Below, piece by piece: positions 1 through 12,666 of a stretch of 64,000 bases of DNA; the stretch's first letter is position 1; the number at the start of each line of letters is the position of its first letter. The translations under genes and the position numbers were made by a program. Below the pieces are notes generated by a model. The model made no database searches. It was not told where the DNA came from and worked only from the letters and a program-made list of their open reading frames with translations. Where the stretch lies: the NCBI RefSeq assembly GCF_002571385.2, contig NW_019217822.1, forward strand, positions 224,398 to 288,397, in the 5' to 3' direction. Origin of the DNA: Stylophora pistillata (lineage: Eukaryota).

Positions 1-358
1 ATTTAATTTAATTTAATAGCTTTGTCAACCGGCAGGGACACCACAACAGCTAGCGCCAATTACTGCGGGCCCAATTAACCCACCCATCCCAACCCATGGG
101 AGGACATCCATCATACAGTAATCTTGTGTGTGGGAAATTAACATCTCCTACCCCAACCCTGCAGGAGACGGGACCTCCATTTATTCATCCCTATCCAAGA
201 AGACTAGAATATCTAACCATTTCTTGATGTTATAGAAAGGCAGCAAATTCTTCTCAATTATTTTAAGACCCCAAGTGTTGGTCTGGCCGGGGCTTGAACC
301 CTAGACCTCCTGCACAACAGTCCAGCGCTCTATCCATTGAGCTAACCGGGAGGCGGTT
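1..358 (-). mobile_element. tRNA-derived SINE (copy inside the duplication)
   Basis: A box TAGCTCAATGG, B box GGTTCAAGCCC, (TTAAA)n tail. Confidence 0.8.
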
Positions 359-417
359 GAAGCATTTTTCCCATTTTTTTCAAGTTCCCTTCAATCTTGA
401 AAGTAAACTATTCTTAC

Positions 418-535
418 CCAGTTGCCCAGCATTAAGGCCACAGGAGTAAACTTCATGTTTAGTGAAGAAAACTGAGTGATATCGCCCTGCTGCAGCCCCA
501 ACAATATCTTTGCCCCTCCACACCTTCAGGTGTAC
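418..535 (-). CDS. IBTK: Duplicate copy of the IBTK RCC1 exon (VHLKVWRGKDIVGAAAGRYHSVFFTKHEVYSCGLNAGQLG)
   Basis: Same sequence as 3677-3794 (offset 3259), with intact AG and GT sites. Confidence 0.85.
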
Positions 536-1949
536 CTGTCCAGTTGAACACAATTTTTAAGCCAAAAAATGAAATAAACTTTAAAAAACAATAGGCCACA
601 GGGCAGGCCATGGCCTAGGCCAGGTTTTGTCCACACCCCCCGAAAACTAAGACCTAAGACCTGCATTTGTGCTTGGCTAGCTACCTTCACAAGTTTACAA
701 TTTCAAGAGCAGAGGACATCGCTCGTTCGGCCCGTGTTTAGCAAGCTGCTTTAAGAAAACGAGAAATTCGAAAATAAAGGAAGAATCCAAAAGAAGGATT
801 AAATGAACGGACAACAAGTCGAGACACTATTCTGTTTGGCAATTCATTGCCCGATGTTGCACTGGATATTGACAGCTAGAATCGTATTGGTGAGCTAATA
901 GAAAGCCTTACAGCTTACGAAGTCCTGCTTGTAAAAAGCAAAAGAAACTTTAGCTTCAAAGAGCGTGCTAAAAATTTAACACGGTCACCATGTTGTACCA
1001 TGCAAAAATGCTGGCAAGATCTTAACACGTTCCTTTGTCTCTACCATGCAAAGGAAGACAATGGCTGCGATGTTAATGAGGCAGGTAACTAACACACAGC
1101 TAACGTGTTAAAAGCTAGTTCTTTTGTTTTAGCATGCGAGCGTGCAGTGTCCGTGCGCTCACCTTATTCCCTGAAATCCCGTGGAGGGTCACATAATTAT
1201 GATTGTGTAATTAAAAGAGGATTTAAAATTATGACTGAATGCAAACTTACCAGACACAATAAAAAGCTGTTTGCCAATAGCAAAATCCCTAACTGAGACA
1301 TGAAATAAATAAGAGGAACAAGCTAAGATGCCAGAGGATGAACATAAATTATACCATCAAACATGTTAATAATTGTGCAGTACCACTCAGAAATGCATTA
1401 ACCTAAAAATGGGATTTTTATTACTTCAGGGTTATTTACTAGAAAAAAACATCTTGAAACAAAGCGACACTTGAATTCATTCTGTTGTAAATAATTTAAA
1501 AAATTTTAACAATTATTTACCAAAGTGAAGGTGAATAGTGATGGATATCTACATGTACTGTGCCACAAACTGGCAAAGTAAATATCAACCACTTTCACCT
1601 GTCAGTAAATAACTGTTTTTTAGTATACACATTGTATGACACAGAAACCGAAAAAAAATCAGTCTGACTTGTACATTGTATTTCAATCTGTCATTATTCC
1701 GAAAAATAGTTGGAAATGAAGCTTTTGATTCACAATTTTGTCTCTTCTGCTCCTCAATTGTAAATAGTACTTGCTTTTCTCTTCTGAACTTGCCAATCAA
1801 ACTGTAGTAATATTATTATGTTGATGATATTTACCCATTATTCCATGAAAACTAATACTTGATGATGCTCAAAAATTAAACTGTGTGTGAAACATTGATT
1901 AATCAATATTACTGAGAGTGTACATTCTACAAACTAAAGAATCTCCTGA

Positions 1950-4900
1950 TTATGGACGAGGTAAAGCTGTTAATGAACCTGTGATTTGTCGGTTATGATG
2001 CCAAGAACATTCTCTCAAGCAACTGCCAGTAAACTTGGGCTTCCACTGGAACACCTGTTTTTAATTAGCAAATTAATATAAACAAGAATTATGTTAATGA
2101 TTACCAGTAGTAAGGACTTATTTTAAGCAACCTTAATTTTTTAAAGCTGAGCTAAAATAGAGAATATCATAGAAAATTATGCAATTTGTCTGCTTTTTAA
2201 TGGGAAAAACATTGTCAAATCAATTAATAAATATGCATTGTTAATGAAGCATGAGGTCTAGATGGCTGGATACGGGCAGAGTTCCTTGTATGTACTAAGG
2301 TCTTTGCAAATAATGATCTTGAACACCAAAAATAGTTGTGGATTGACTAACCCACCTTCCCTCTAGAGTTCAGCAATGTCACAGCAAGTTCATCAGCAAA
2401 CTTTTTGCTGACTTCTTGTGGAGATATCATATCAAGCTCACCTCCAACCACAGCCATATGAACCAAGTCAGTGAACCTTAAGGTGAAAGAAATGAAGCAA
2501 TTTAAAAAAAAATTTAACTATTCTTGACAACTTCTTTCATGCTAAGTGCATTACATTTTGGTAACAATGCCACGTATTTCTTACCTAGATATTATCTTGC
2601 GACAAATGTACAGGTTTAAAAGGAAGATATCTCCCTTGTCAGTTGCACATACTGTAGCTCCATCACTACAGGTCACTTTATTGATGGTGACATCTTTATC
2701 AGCCAATCCACTAACCTAAAGTAATAAAGACGCAAAAAAAACTTTTTATCTCTAGGATGAAGGAGCTGAGCAGAATGCAGTAGTAAATTAAAGAGCTTTA
2801 ATCTAGAAGGAAGAAAGCTGGCCTTCTCTCTGGCCTCAAATAGTTTCAGGTTCACTGAACATTAAACCACAGTGCAATGAATTAACCTATCAGAATAAAT
2901 GCAGGAATTTATAGTGGACACTGTAAAAGAAAAATTAATATTAGCTATTTTTTACAAATTGCAGTCCTCTGACTGTATTCAATACCTACAGTTCTGTAAT
3001 AAGAAGTTATTATCAATTAACATACAATGTATTTAATAAACAAAGAACAACTTTTAGTTACCTGACGAGGAAGTGTTTGGTATTCTTCTCCTTTTTGATG
3101 GCCTACAAAAAGAAAGTAATGGAGATAATTTATAGTGTTACATTGGACCAGTAATATTTTCAAATGATTAATCTAAAAAACAAGCACCACTCTCTATCAG
3201 GTACAAAAATTAAAACCTGACATGCCTTAGTGAACAGCTTTTTTTGCACAGTTGATTTAATTTAATTTAATTTAATAGCTTTGTCAACCGGCAGGGACAC
3301 CACAACAGCTAGCGCCAATTACTGCGGGCCCAATTAACCCACCCATCCCAACCCATGGGAGGACATCCATCATACAGTAATCTTGTGTGTGGGAAATTAA
3401 CATCTCCTACCCCAACCCTGCAGGAGACGGGACCTCCATTTATTCATCCCTATCCAAGAAGACTAGAATATCTAACCATTTCTTGATGTTATAGAAAGGC
3501 AGCAAATTCTTCTCAATTATTTTAAGACCCCAAGTGTTGGTCTGGCCGGGGCTTGAACCCTAGACCTCCTGCACAACAGTCCAGCGCTCTATCCATTGAG
3601 CTAACCGGGAGGCGGTTGAAGCATTTTTCCCATTTTTTTCAAGTTCCCTTCAATCTTGAAAGTAAACTATTCTTACCCAGTTGCCCAGCATTAAGGCCAC
3701 AGGAGTAAACTTCATGTTTAGTGAAGAAAACTGAGTGATATCGCCCTGCTGCAGCCCCAACAATATCTTTGCCCCTCCACACCTTCAGGTGTACCTGTCC
3801 AGTTGAACACAATTTTTAAGCCAAAAAATGAAATAAACTTTAAAAAACAATTATAAAAAGTGTGTGTGCGTGTGTGTGAATGTGCATGTGCATGTGTGAA
3901 GTTATTTCATTGTATCATTCTGTAATAACCAGTTTAACCTTTTGCACCATAACATATTCTCCACATTATTCTCCACACTATTCTTAATACATATCCTATG
4001 GTGCTGACAAGGAAAATTTGTGTAATGTTCAATATTAATCAAAAGCTTCTTTTGATTGAGTGGTGATCATTTCCTTTATTCTCGTGACCTTAATCCATGA
4101 TTTGGGGGTCATATTGTAAGGAGAAATTAGATACTGGTCTCTCTTGGGGGTCAAAGGGTTCATAAAATTAATGATACAAAAGTAATGTTTGCAGGGTTAC
4201 AGCTAAGAAATTACCCTGCCAGCTGAGATTTCAAGTGAGATGGCTCAAACGTGGTGAATGACTGGAAGTTTGTAACCTCAAAAGTGCCCGTTGTGCTTGT
4301 AACCAAGTGATCCCCTGCCAAAAAATCCAGCCAGTGATCGCCGCTTTTTCCTTGGGCAAATTTCACTGGCAGCTGGTGCTTAGCGACAACCCTGGTATGT
4401 TTTAATCTTCAGAGTTTACAAATAGTGAGTAAATAGTCACAAAACTATAATCACCATTTTTGGTAAAAGGCACTGTTTTGGCAGAGGTGACTGTCCATGT
4501 CCAAGCTGATGAGAATCATTTAGACCAAATGTGTAAACTGAGTGGCTGAAATAGAAAGAGAAGTTTTACTCAGTAAATTTGTCAATTAATAATACATTTT
4601 GTAATGTTTCAGGGACATACATGCAAGTAAAGTGCTGCATCCCATTCATTACTTATTGTATGGCAAATACTTTGTTAATGTTTCTCAAGTTTTAAAATGA
4701 ATATTTCAGAAAATCTTTTGTCGGAAATCCTATTCTCCACTTACTCATCTGTGACTACCACTGTATGATCCTGGCCAGCAGCAATTGACACACACTTGAT
4801 TCCCTGTAAAGCTTTTATCTCTTTTACCACCTACAGTGTACAAATTAACAAATAAAATATATTGAAATTAAGCAAAGCCTTGTACACTATGCTTTCTTTA

Positions 4901-7543
4901 TTTGGAATGAAGTAACAGTACGAGGGCCACAAATTTACCAACTGTTCTTAACTGTAATGTGTCACCTTCAGTAAAGTTATTTTTTTAAAGTGACACACAG
5001 CAGTTTCTGATAAAGAGTCTGGAGGCAAGGATGCTGGCAAGTTCATGAGGTTGTATAATGAGTTAGTTGAGTATAAAGGCAAAGTTAAAGATTGCAAAAA
5101 TCAACCTATTCTGTTAAAGTTTACTTTGATTGCAGTAACATCAAGGTAGTACATAGAGAAATACAGGTACAAGATTGTACTCTGCCTCAGATGGGACACA
5201 CCCAACTTCAATACAAGGCTACTCTCCTCACAATTTCACCAGGTTTCCCTGGCAGTTACACAAAATCCATTTTACTCCTGGGTGGACAAAGGCACTCTGA
5301 GAATTACAAACTGTACATGTAGATGTCTTGTTCAAGAACCCAACATAAAGATCTGGCTACAGCCAAATCATAGACTTTTTGATTCTACAACTAGCACACC
5401 AACATGAACCACTAGGCTCAGCTGCCTCTGTCCCATTTTAACCCTTTGGACTCTAACATCAGTATGCATATTCTCCATTCTGTTCTCTATACATTTCCCA
5501 ATGTGCTGACAAGGAGAATTTGTTACACAATCATGAGTTTCTTTAATTCATGATAATTTCCTTTTATTCTAATGTGACATGAATGGTTGATTCAGGGATG
5601 ATATAGCAAGGAGAAATTAAATGCTAATCACTATTAGGGGTGCGACAAAAATTAAAAGTTTATGAGTCGTGCCACTAACCAGATGAGTCCCTTCATTACC
5701 ATGCCCCAGTCTACCTCCTCTGCCGTGACCACAGGTGAAGACTCTGCCATCCATGCTCAGGAACACAGAGTGAAACTTACACATGACAACCTACAGTAAA
5801 TATAGAAACAATGTTCAAATGATTAAACTAATTACACAAACCAAAAATATTTTTTGTCATTCAATAATGCACGGCACAAATATGTTTGATATGTTCATGC
5901 CACTAATGACTGCACAATGTTTGTGGCAAATTTCAAACACACTACAGACTGTCTGTACCTCTTTGAAAGAAATTTTTGTGTCTCCTTGGACATTTTCAAC
6001 AATTTCAGGTGTATGTCTTGTGCTCTCATCTCTGTGACCAAGGGTGAAGTTTGTGTTGGATCCCCAGGTAAATAACTCCATTTGATAGGCTTGTAGAAAA
6101 GAAAAATCATTTAATAATCATACTGTATCCTCCAAGTCCTATCATTAGTATTATTTTTTAATAACTGTGCAATCAGGGTATAAGATTTACCTTCAGACAA
6201 AAGCTTGACATGATCCTTTGGAAAATGCCCTCGTCTTCCATTTAAATGACCAGTCCAGTAACTGCCATCATTTATGTGAATGTCCCTTATGATATCCCCA
6301 ACTTGTAACTGAAGTTCATCTTCCAGAGAGGATTCATACGGTGAAAAAACTTGAGCTTGAACTGTATAGCGTTGGCAAAAACACACAGTGAGTTATTAGT
6401 GATTGAAAAGATGTTTTCAATCACCATCTCCAAAGTGAAAGAAGAATAGCAGTCCAGAGTACTTGAAGCCAGAAATAATTATGTTCCTTCTTACAAACAA
6501 TCAATTTTGTTAAACTTAGAAGGGATTAGGGCACAGTGTTAACAGACAGCTTTTGAACCAAGTGGCCCATGCAACTGGATTATGTCTGGGAATAAATATT
6601 GCTATTTTCCCTGGCTAGGATGCAAGTCTACTGCAGGTTTTCCTCTCACCATTTTGTCAAGTCTCCCAGACAGTTACACATTGCCACAGTTTTTACTTGC
6701 ACTTCTGAACTGAGAGAGGCATTGAAAGAGCAAAGTTTCTGGCCCAAGGACACAAGACAATGGCCTGGAAAGGACTCAAAAGGGCTAAAACCCAAACTTC
6801 TCAATTTGGAATCCAGTGCAATGTGCTGATACATACAGCTGTCCTATACTCATGAATCGAACAACAACCTCTAAACATTTGTACTTTCAATTACCTTAAC
6901 TCTTATTTTTTTTCTTTTAAACTTCCGATTAAAAAAAGAATTAAAAAAGGAACAAAACCCACCTCCTTTTACAATTTGGAATGGTGCATCCAAGCGAATG
7001 AGATCCCATGGAGTGAGGCCTTCCTGGTCATACCAACCCAGATCTGAGCCAAGCTTTATAATGAACAATCAGGATGATAATTGAAAAAAAAAAAAAGTTG
7101 AGTTGTCCACCCTCCATTGGTTGTTTATCATGTTAACACTACTGGTTATGTTTGTTTTGACTTGGTTATGGTTTACTTGAAGGTAATTGTACATGTACTT
7201 TGATGTTACATTGGATCAACTTCAATTTTCAAAGTAGGCATACATCGGTTCCATATTAACATGAATCACTTCCAAGCATATATAGGCACATACACAAACT
7301 GTAAAATAAATGTAATAGCATATATCATTATCCAACTGTGCTTCGTAGAGTACAAATAATGTCCAAGACAAGTACAAACATCTTGCAGTATTATTTTGTA
7401 CTCCAGAGAATCATAAATAAATATCCACGAAATTCACCTGTACTGAAATAACAATTTGGCGTGTTAGATAATAAATCTCTTATCAAATGTTTGTTGTGTA
7501 GTAGTGCTGAATATTATGACGAAATTGTAGGGCGTCAAAATAT

Positions 7544-7577
<34 letters not shown>

Positions 7578-8066
7578 CAACAAATCGTTTAATAAGATAA
7601 TGTATTAATAAGCTTACATGTATGTGTTCTTACTCATAATATAACTTCATTTGTCCTAAAATACCTAATCGAAAAATAAAAAAAATTAATTGAAATCTTC
7701 TCGGTATATTACAAAAATGCATTTTATTTTCAACAGATAAGAGTGTGAAGTGTGTACCTGAATCAACTTGACAGCTGAGTCAAGAAATCCATAGAACAAG
7801 CTTCTGTGCAGAGCGGTCCAGCCGGACTCCAGATCTTTCGATCCCACGTCAAGACCTTGATCTTTCACCAGCCACTCCAAAATGTCGCCTTTGCCGCAAG
7901 ATGCTGCCACGTGTAAGGCATTCCGACCAAACTGATCCGACACGCGCGCAAAGTTCGAGCAGATTCGGGGCAAGATCGCTCGAATCGTTGCAGCATCTTC
8001 CTTCGTAATCGCGGATAGCACCAGATCGGCGTGCTTGGTAAGGCGACATTTTGGTGTGCATTCCAT
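1950..8066 (-). CDS. IBTK: Inhibitor of Bruton tyrosine kinase (ankyrin repeats, inserted SH3, RCC1 repeats); 5' portion only, BTB-encoding part not in window
   Basis: Phase-consistent GT-AG exons: 8066-7758, 7053-6963, 6361-6191 (SH3), 6089-5959, 5790-5680, 4830-4745, 4545-4455, 3794-3677, 3102-3062, 2715-2585, 2476-2356, 2054-~1980. Translation MECTPKCRLTKHADLVLSAIT..FGRNALHVAASCGK..DLESGWTALHRSLFYG..FTWGSNTNFTLGH..VVMCKFHSVFL..GHGRGGRLGHG matches the IBTK N-terminus as I recall it. The last exon runs into a stop at 1950-1952. Confidence 0.93.
3255..3617 (-). mobile_element. tRNA-derived SINE
   Basis: Pol III A and B boxes, body shared with 13182-13565, (TTAAA)n tail. Confidence 0.82.
3934..4160 (+). 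mobile_element. piggyBac-like MITE
   Basis: TTAACC(C/T)TT...AAAGGGTT ends; core catattctcca..gctgacaagga..ggagaaattag recurs about 7 times in the window. Confidence 0.7.
4191..4394. mobile_element. MITE with CAGGGTT..GCTAAG terminal inverted repeats
   Basis: Ends cagggttacagctaag and cttagcgacaaccctg; internal inverted ctgccag/ctggcag. Confidence 0.55.
5438..5640 (+). mobile_element. piggyBac-like MITE
   Basis: Starts TTAACCCTTT; same family as 3934-4160. Confidence 0.7.
6191..6361 (-). CDS. SH3-domain cassette exon within IBTK
   Basis: 171-nt exon with acceptor ctatacAG and donor GTaaat, phase 1 at both ends. Encodes VQAQVFSPYESSLEDELQLQVGDIIRDIHINDGSYWTGHLNGRRGHFPKDHVKLLSE, with SH3 motifs Y..DELxLxxGD, W.G and GxFP. 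Confidence 0.85.
7478..7597. repeat. Imperfect palindromic (hairpin) element
   Basis: Arms tcttatcaaatgtttgttgtgtagtagtgctga and tcagcgatactacacaacaaatcgtttaataaga. Confidence 0.6.
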
Positions 8067-8948
8067 TATTGATGGCTTGTTCGTGCACCATCGTAGCTAC
8101 AGAGCAAACATTACGATATATTTTGGCAAAACAGCCAAAAATACGAAGGTATTTACCTTTACAAACTAGCCGCCATTTTGAATCGACACGTAGCAAGGTA
8201 CATAAGTTTCGCGGGCTCTTTGTTGAGAAAATAAAACCTCCTCTCATTGGTCATGGTCAGGTGCTTTCCTTTTCGACCAATGAGAGGTATTGTAAGTTTA
8301 TTGATCGTTCTTAGAAACATCTGGTTCCTATAAACAATATGGAGGCTAATCGAAACAAACCAACAGAGTGAACTGCTCATTTTCCTACCGATCTTACTTC
8401 GGTATTCTGAGCGATTGTTCCACAAACAATTTGAGAAATTTTCGTAGTCTAAGTTTGTTCATGTCCCAGTTTTTAGAACATCGCGAAGAAACCGAGTAGT
8501 TCAAAACCGTATCAAAGTTTGTAGACGGAAGATTTCGACTGCGTGCATTCTAAATTAACAGTAATAAAATCATGGACAATAACAAGACTCAAACGTTATC
8601 ACGAAACCCAACAAGGTAAGCAAATTGGTAAGTTAATGTCACGAATTCACAGCGAGCGCAGAAAGTACGAAGCAATTGAATTGATATGTCATTCTGTCCG
8701 CGCCCTTAAGGGCTGCATGCCTGACGTGGACGGTTTCAGCCTGATCGTCCGGGAGAGAGTAGCTTGTCCTAACAAGAACTGTTGTTGGAAGTCGTGACTG
8801 ACATTTTGGCAACCTGAGAGGAAATCATCATCGACTCTGACGAAGTCCTGCGCTAAGGTTGTCGAAACTTCAGTCACTTCTGCCGACAACAGTCGGAATC
8901 AGGATGCAGGAATACAGGAATACAGGAATCAGAAATACAGGAATAAGA
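8067..8948. promoter_or_regulatory. Putative bidirectional promoter between IBTK and the uncharacterised plus-strand gene
   Basis: Head-to-head ATGs ~880 bp apart; CpG-richer than the flanks; YY1-type AAAATGGCGGC (minus, 8169-8179); inverted CCAAT pair at 8240-8252 and 8275-8287. Confidence 0.6.
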
Positions 8949-11900
8949 ATGGATGAATCACTCCGTTGTCCAAAGCAGTCTATCCTCTGGGCTCAGTAAT
9001 TGTTTTGCTTTCTCACTCGAGATGTTTACATGTACGTAGCATTTTTTTTTTATTCCATGTTTTTTTTAAGGAAACTTTTCCAGTCAACATTTCCACCAAT
9101 GATAGTGGACTATATGTCAAGTGCTGATTTGTCCAAACATCTGGATAGACAAATGTCAATTCATGCTGAAAAATATAAGGAACCAAAACAAGATGAAGAG
9201 TTTGATGAGGTACATGTACTGAAGCATCAAATCTCTTTCCTTTTTTCTTTGGGACTCTTCAACAAATATAGTTGTATCATTTTTTTACAAAAAAATGAGC
9301 ATGTAGCATCTGAAAATAAGAAAAATATATGTTATATTGTAAGTTCTTTTTTGTTAAGTGTGGAAAATGAAGAAGCAAGATGGTTAAAGGGCAGAGCACT
9401 GGCAAGGCGATCATTATTTTCTCCAGAAAAACCCCTTAACTTTATGGTGCCGGAAAATCTCCATCATTGTTATCAATAAAAAAACAGTTAGTTACCCCAT
9501 AGCAAGTGAAAAAAATATTGTGGTGCAAAATTACGCAGGTTAAAAAAATTGTACCTAGTGAAAAATAAAATTTACCTTTAAGTTAGAAAAAAAATTACCT
9601 GCAACATATATTAAGAGAGCTGTATATGATTATACCATATTTCCACGAATAAGTGCAAGGGTGCTTATTTAAATTTTGGGCTTAAAGGAGGGATGCTATT
9701 TGAAAAGAGGGTGCTCAATCAATGGGGCACTTACATTAAGGTAGCATAACAATAGGACTAAAATGATAAGAATAGATATCAGTCAATCAATCAATCAAAC
9801 TTTATTTAAAGAGGGTGACACTTAATAGTTAAAAAAACTAATGAACTTGTGGCCCTCCATAAACATTGTTACAATTTTAAAAAAAACTATTATAATTAAT
9901 AACCTAATTAAGAATTTAATTAAAACTTAATTAAAAATCACAATTTACAACATAAGTTACACATAGTTATGTTTTAGCACCTCTAACTGCAAGCACTTAG
10001 AGATAGAAATAACTGGAACAGAACATTAACTATTCTGAGCTGTACTGATTCTACTATAATTGAAGCTTAAAAAGTTGTAAATAAAGTAGCAATAGAAACA
10101 GTTTTTCCTTGTTTTCCTACCATTTAGAAAGTGAGGGAGCTTGGGGGGCACTTAATCTAGAGGGACCCTTGTACTTTCACATTATAGCCTATGTGGTGGG
10201 TGCTTATCCGAGCAAAGGAAATACGGACAGTATTTGAAAACCAGGAGTATTAAATTTTGGTAGAAGTGTGCTATCAGGCAAGCAGAGGGCATGGCTCACC
10301 TGCTAATTTTGGCCTCACTCATTTGGACTTTGTTATTTAAAGGTGAAAGAAAAGAAGAAGATTAAAAGAAAAGCCAGTAAGCTCAAGAAACTGCCATCTC
10401 AACATGGAATGATTCTTCAGGGATCTGATAAAAGACTTCAACAGAGCATGACAGTAGTGCAAGATGAGGAGGAAGAAGAACTGGACGAGGAGGAACAGGA
10501 ACATATCAGGAAGATGAAAGAAAAGGTAGTCTACATGAAATAAATAGCCACCTGTATAGAACTCTCTCTTGTATAAGATTAAAGAGATCAAGTTTTTTTA
10601 AGGACATATATGGTGTAAAAAGAAGTTATGAGATGGTGAAAAATTTTGATAGAGAATTATAATTACTACATATTTTAATTATTGTTCTGACTTTAATTTA
10701 AGTGTTACTGTAACAATAAAAATTATTATAAGATTTTTACCTTTTGAAAACTGGAGAGTAAAGAATGATACAGCTGTATATAACTGACTTTATGAATTGG
10801 AGGTATCAGGGGCCTACTTCTAGTAAAACTTGGAATCTAATGGACCCAAAAAGTAGATTTTTCTTTGCCATCTTTCATTGATTTCCCTATCAACAATTTG
10901 ACAGATTTGAAATTCAAACAATTACAAAGATATCAGGTACCAATGATTTAAGAAACAGAATGGACTGATGTTTGAGTGGAGACTCGCATTATTATTTCAT
11001 TGAATTAGATTTACTAGTAATAAAGATAATTAATTTTGTACTACATTTTAGGCGCATGATGAGTTGGTACAAGGTCTTCTGTTATTACGTGACTATTACA
11101 AAGCAGAATATAAAAAAGCCTTACAGGATAAAGTGGATCAGCAACGAAGAAGCCAGCAATTAAGGAAACTTAAATGTGAAGAAGAAATGAAAGCTGCAGA
11201 ACATCAACAGGTACATGAGGGGGGCATAGGGGTCTATTAGAAACTGCCACAAAAAAAAAAACATCAGTTCTAAAACTGCAAAATTGCAAAAACTTTGATC
11301 AAAACCAAATAGCTCAGTAAAACCTTTTAAAGAAGATCAATTTTCACATCCCAGTTATCAAAAACCAGTGTAATCGACATGATACAGTGGTGACAAGTAA
11401 AACATACAGAGGTTTTGTGGATCGAGGTACATAATTGCCACTCATAATTCAAATTAAGAGAAACCTGGAACACAATTTGAAAAACTGAACACCTCATAAG
11501 ACACCAATCCAAAAACAGCATTTAACTTAGCATTTTTGACAAAAACCAAAAGCCAAATGTTAAAAAAACAGAAAATCAGCAATGAACACCAAAACTGAAA
11601 AACTGAAGTTTTTGAGCACAAAAGCAGAAAAAACCGAGCTAAAAATAGCCAAAACCAGAAAACCAAAAATCCCAATATCCCCCCTCATACGTTTAGAGAT
11701 TCCATATTATATTAACTTTACATTTAATTTTACTGGTATTTGCTACCCAGAGTGTTTAGAATTCTGTGGACTTTCATAAGTATGTATACAGCTATATGTA
11801 TTATTCAATTACATTAAAAATTAATTATATCCACAGGAAGTAATGCAGCATAAAGTTGTTCGCAAGCTTCCAAGGTCCATTGTCATCAATGATGTCCAAT

Positions 11901-12634
11901 TCAATAAAGGTTTGCAAACAGACTTTTACAAAGTAAGTATACCTCTAGCAACTACATGCATGTACACAGCAATGTGATGGAGTCGGCATAATTACGCGGA
12001 GAGTTACAGACTTCAGTCTATTCTTAAAAATATCATTTTCATGTTTTTGCTCTTTTGTCTAGATGATTAGTCTTGAAAACCAAATGAAAAAGGAAGGATT
12101 TCTAAACAAAAGCCATGAGATCAAAGAATTCTGGGAATTTATCACTGTGCCAGAAAATTTGGAAGATGTTCTTGAAGATGGTAAATGATTGATGTGAAAA
12201 GATCATTATGTTTTACATAGACTTAAAGATAATCTTAATATTTGATTTCTAGATATGCCCCTCCCACTCCAATGGCAGATACATAATACAGAGCTCTGTA
12301 GCAGTTGTAGAAAATTTAAATTCTTTAAAATGTGTGTATCTTTAATTCATTCATCCCCCTAAATTTGACTAGCATCTTATTTTTCCTTATAATTAATCTC
12401 ATGCCTGAATCACACATTATGGATACAAGAATAAAGGAAATGATCACCAACTAAAGGATCTTGTAATTTGGTTATATCAACTAAGTTGAAATTGTAAATT
12501 GGCCTTTGTAAAGAGTTAAAAAGCTGACTCTTTGAGTGTTAGCCCTTCTTCAGAACAAATAACGAAGGGCTAATGCTCAAAACGTCAGATTTTTAACTTT
12601 TTCACTCTGACTCAGCACAGTTTACTGACACAGA

Positions 12635-12666
<32 letters not shown>

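Larger units (their letters stand above)
1..592. repeat. Direct duplication of 3260-3851 (extends beyond the window start)
   Basis: Appears base-for-base identical by eye; the copies diverge at 593/3852. Confidence 0.95.

Noticed and set aside
285-355. tRNA-like sequence (also ~3545-3615 and ~13185-13262)
   Set aside because: SINE heads continuous with a SINE body and tail; no clean cloverleaf seen.
1668-1801. Exon-like ORF LIGKFRREKQVLF.. downstream of the truncated IBTK exon
   Set aside because: No recognisable IBTK similarity and no convincing phase match.
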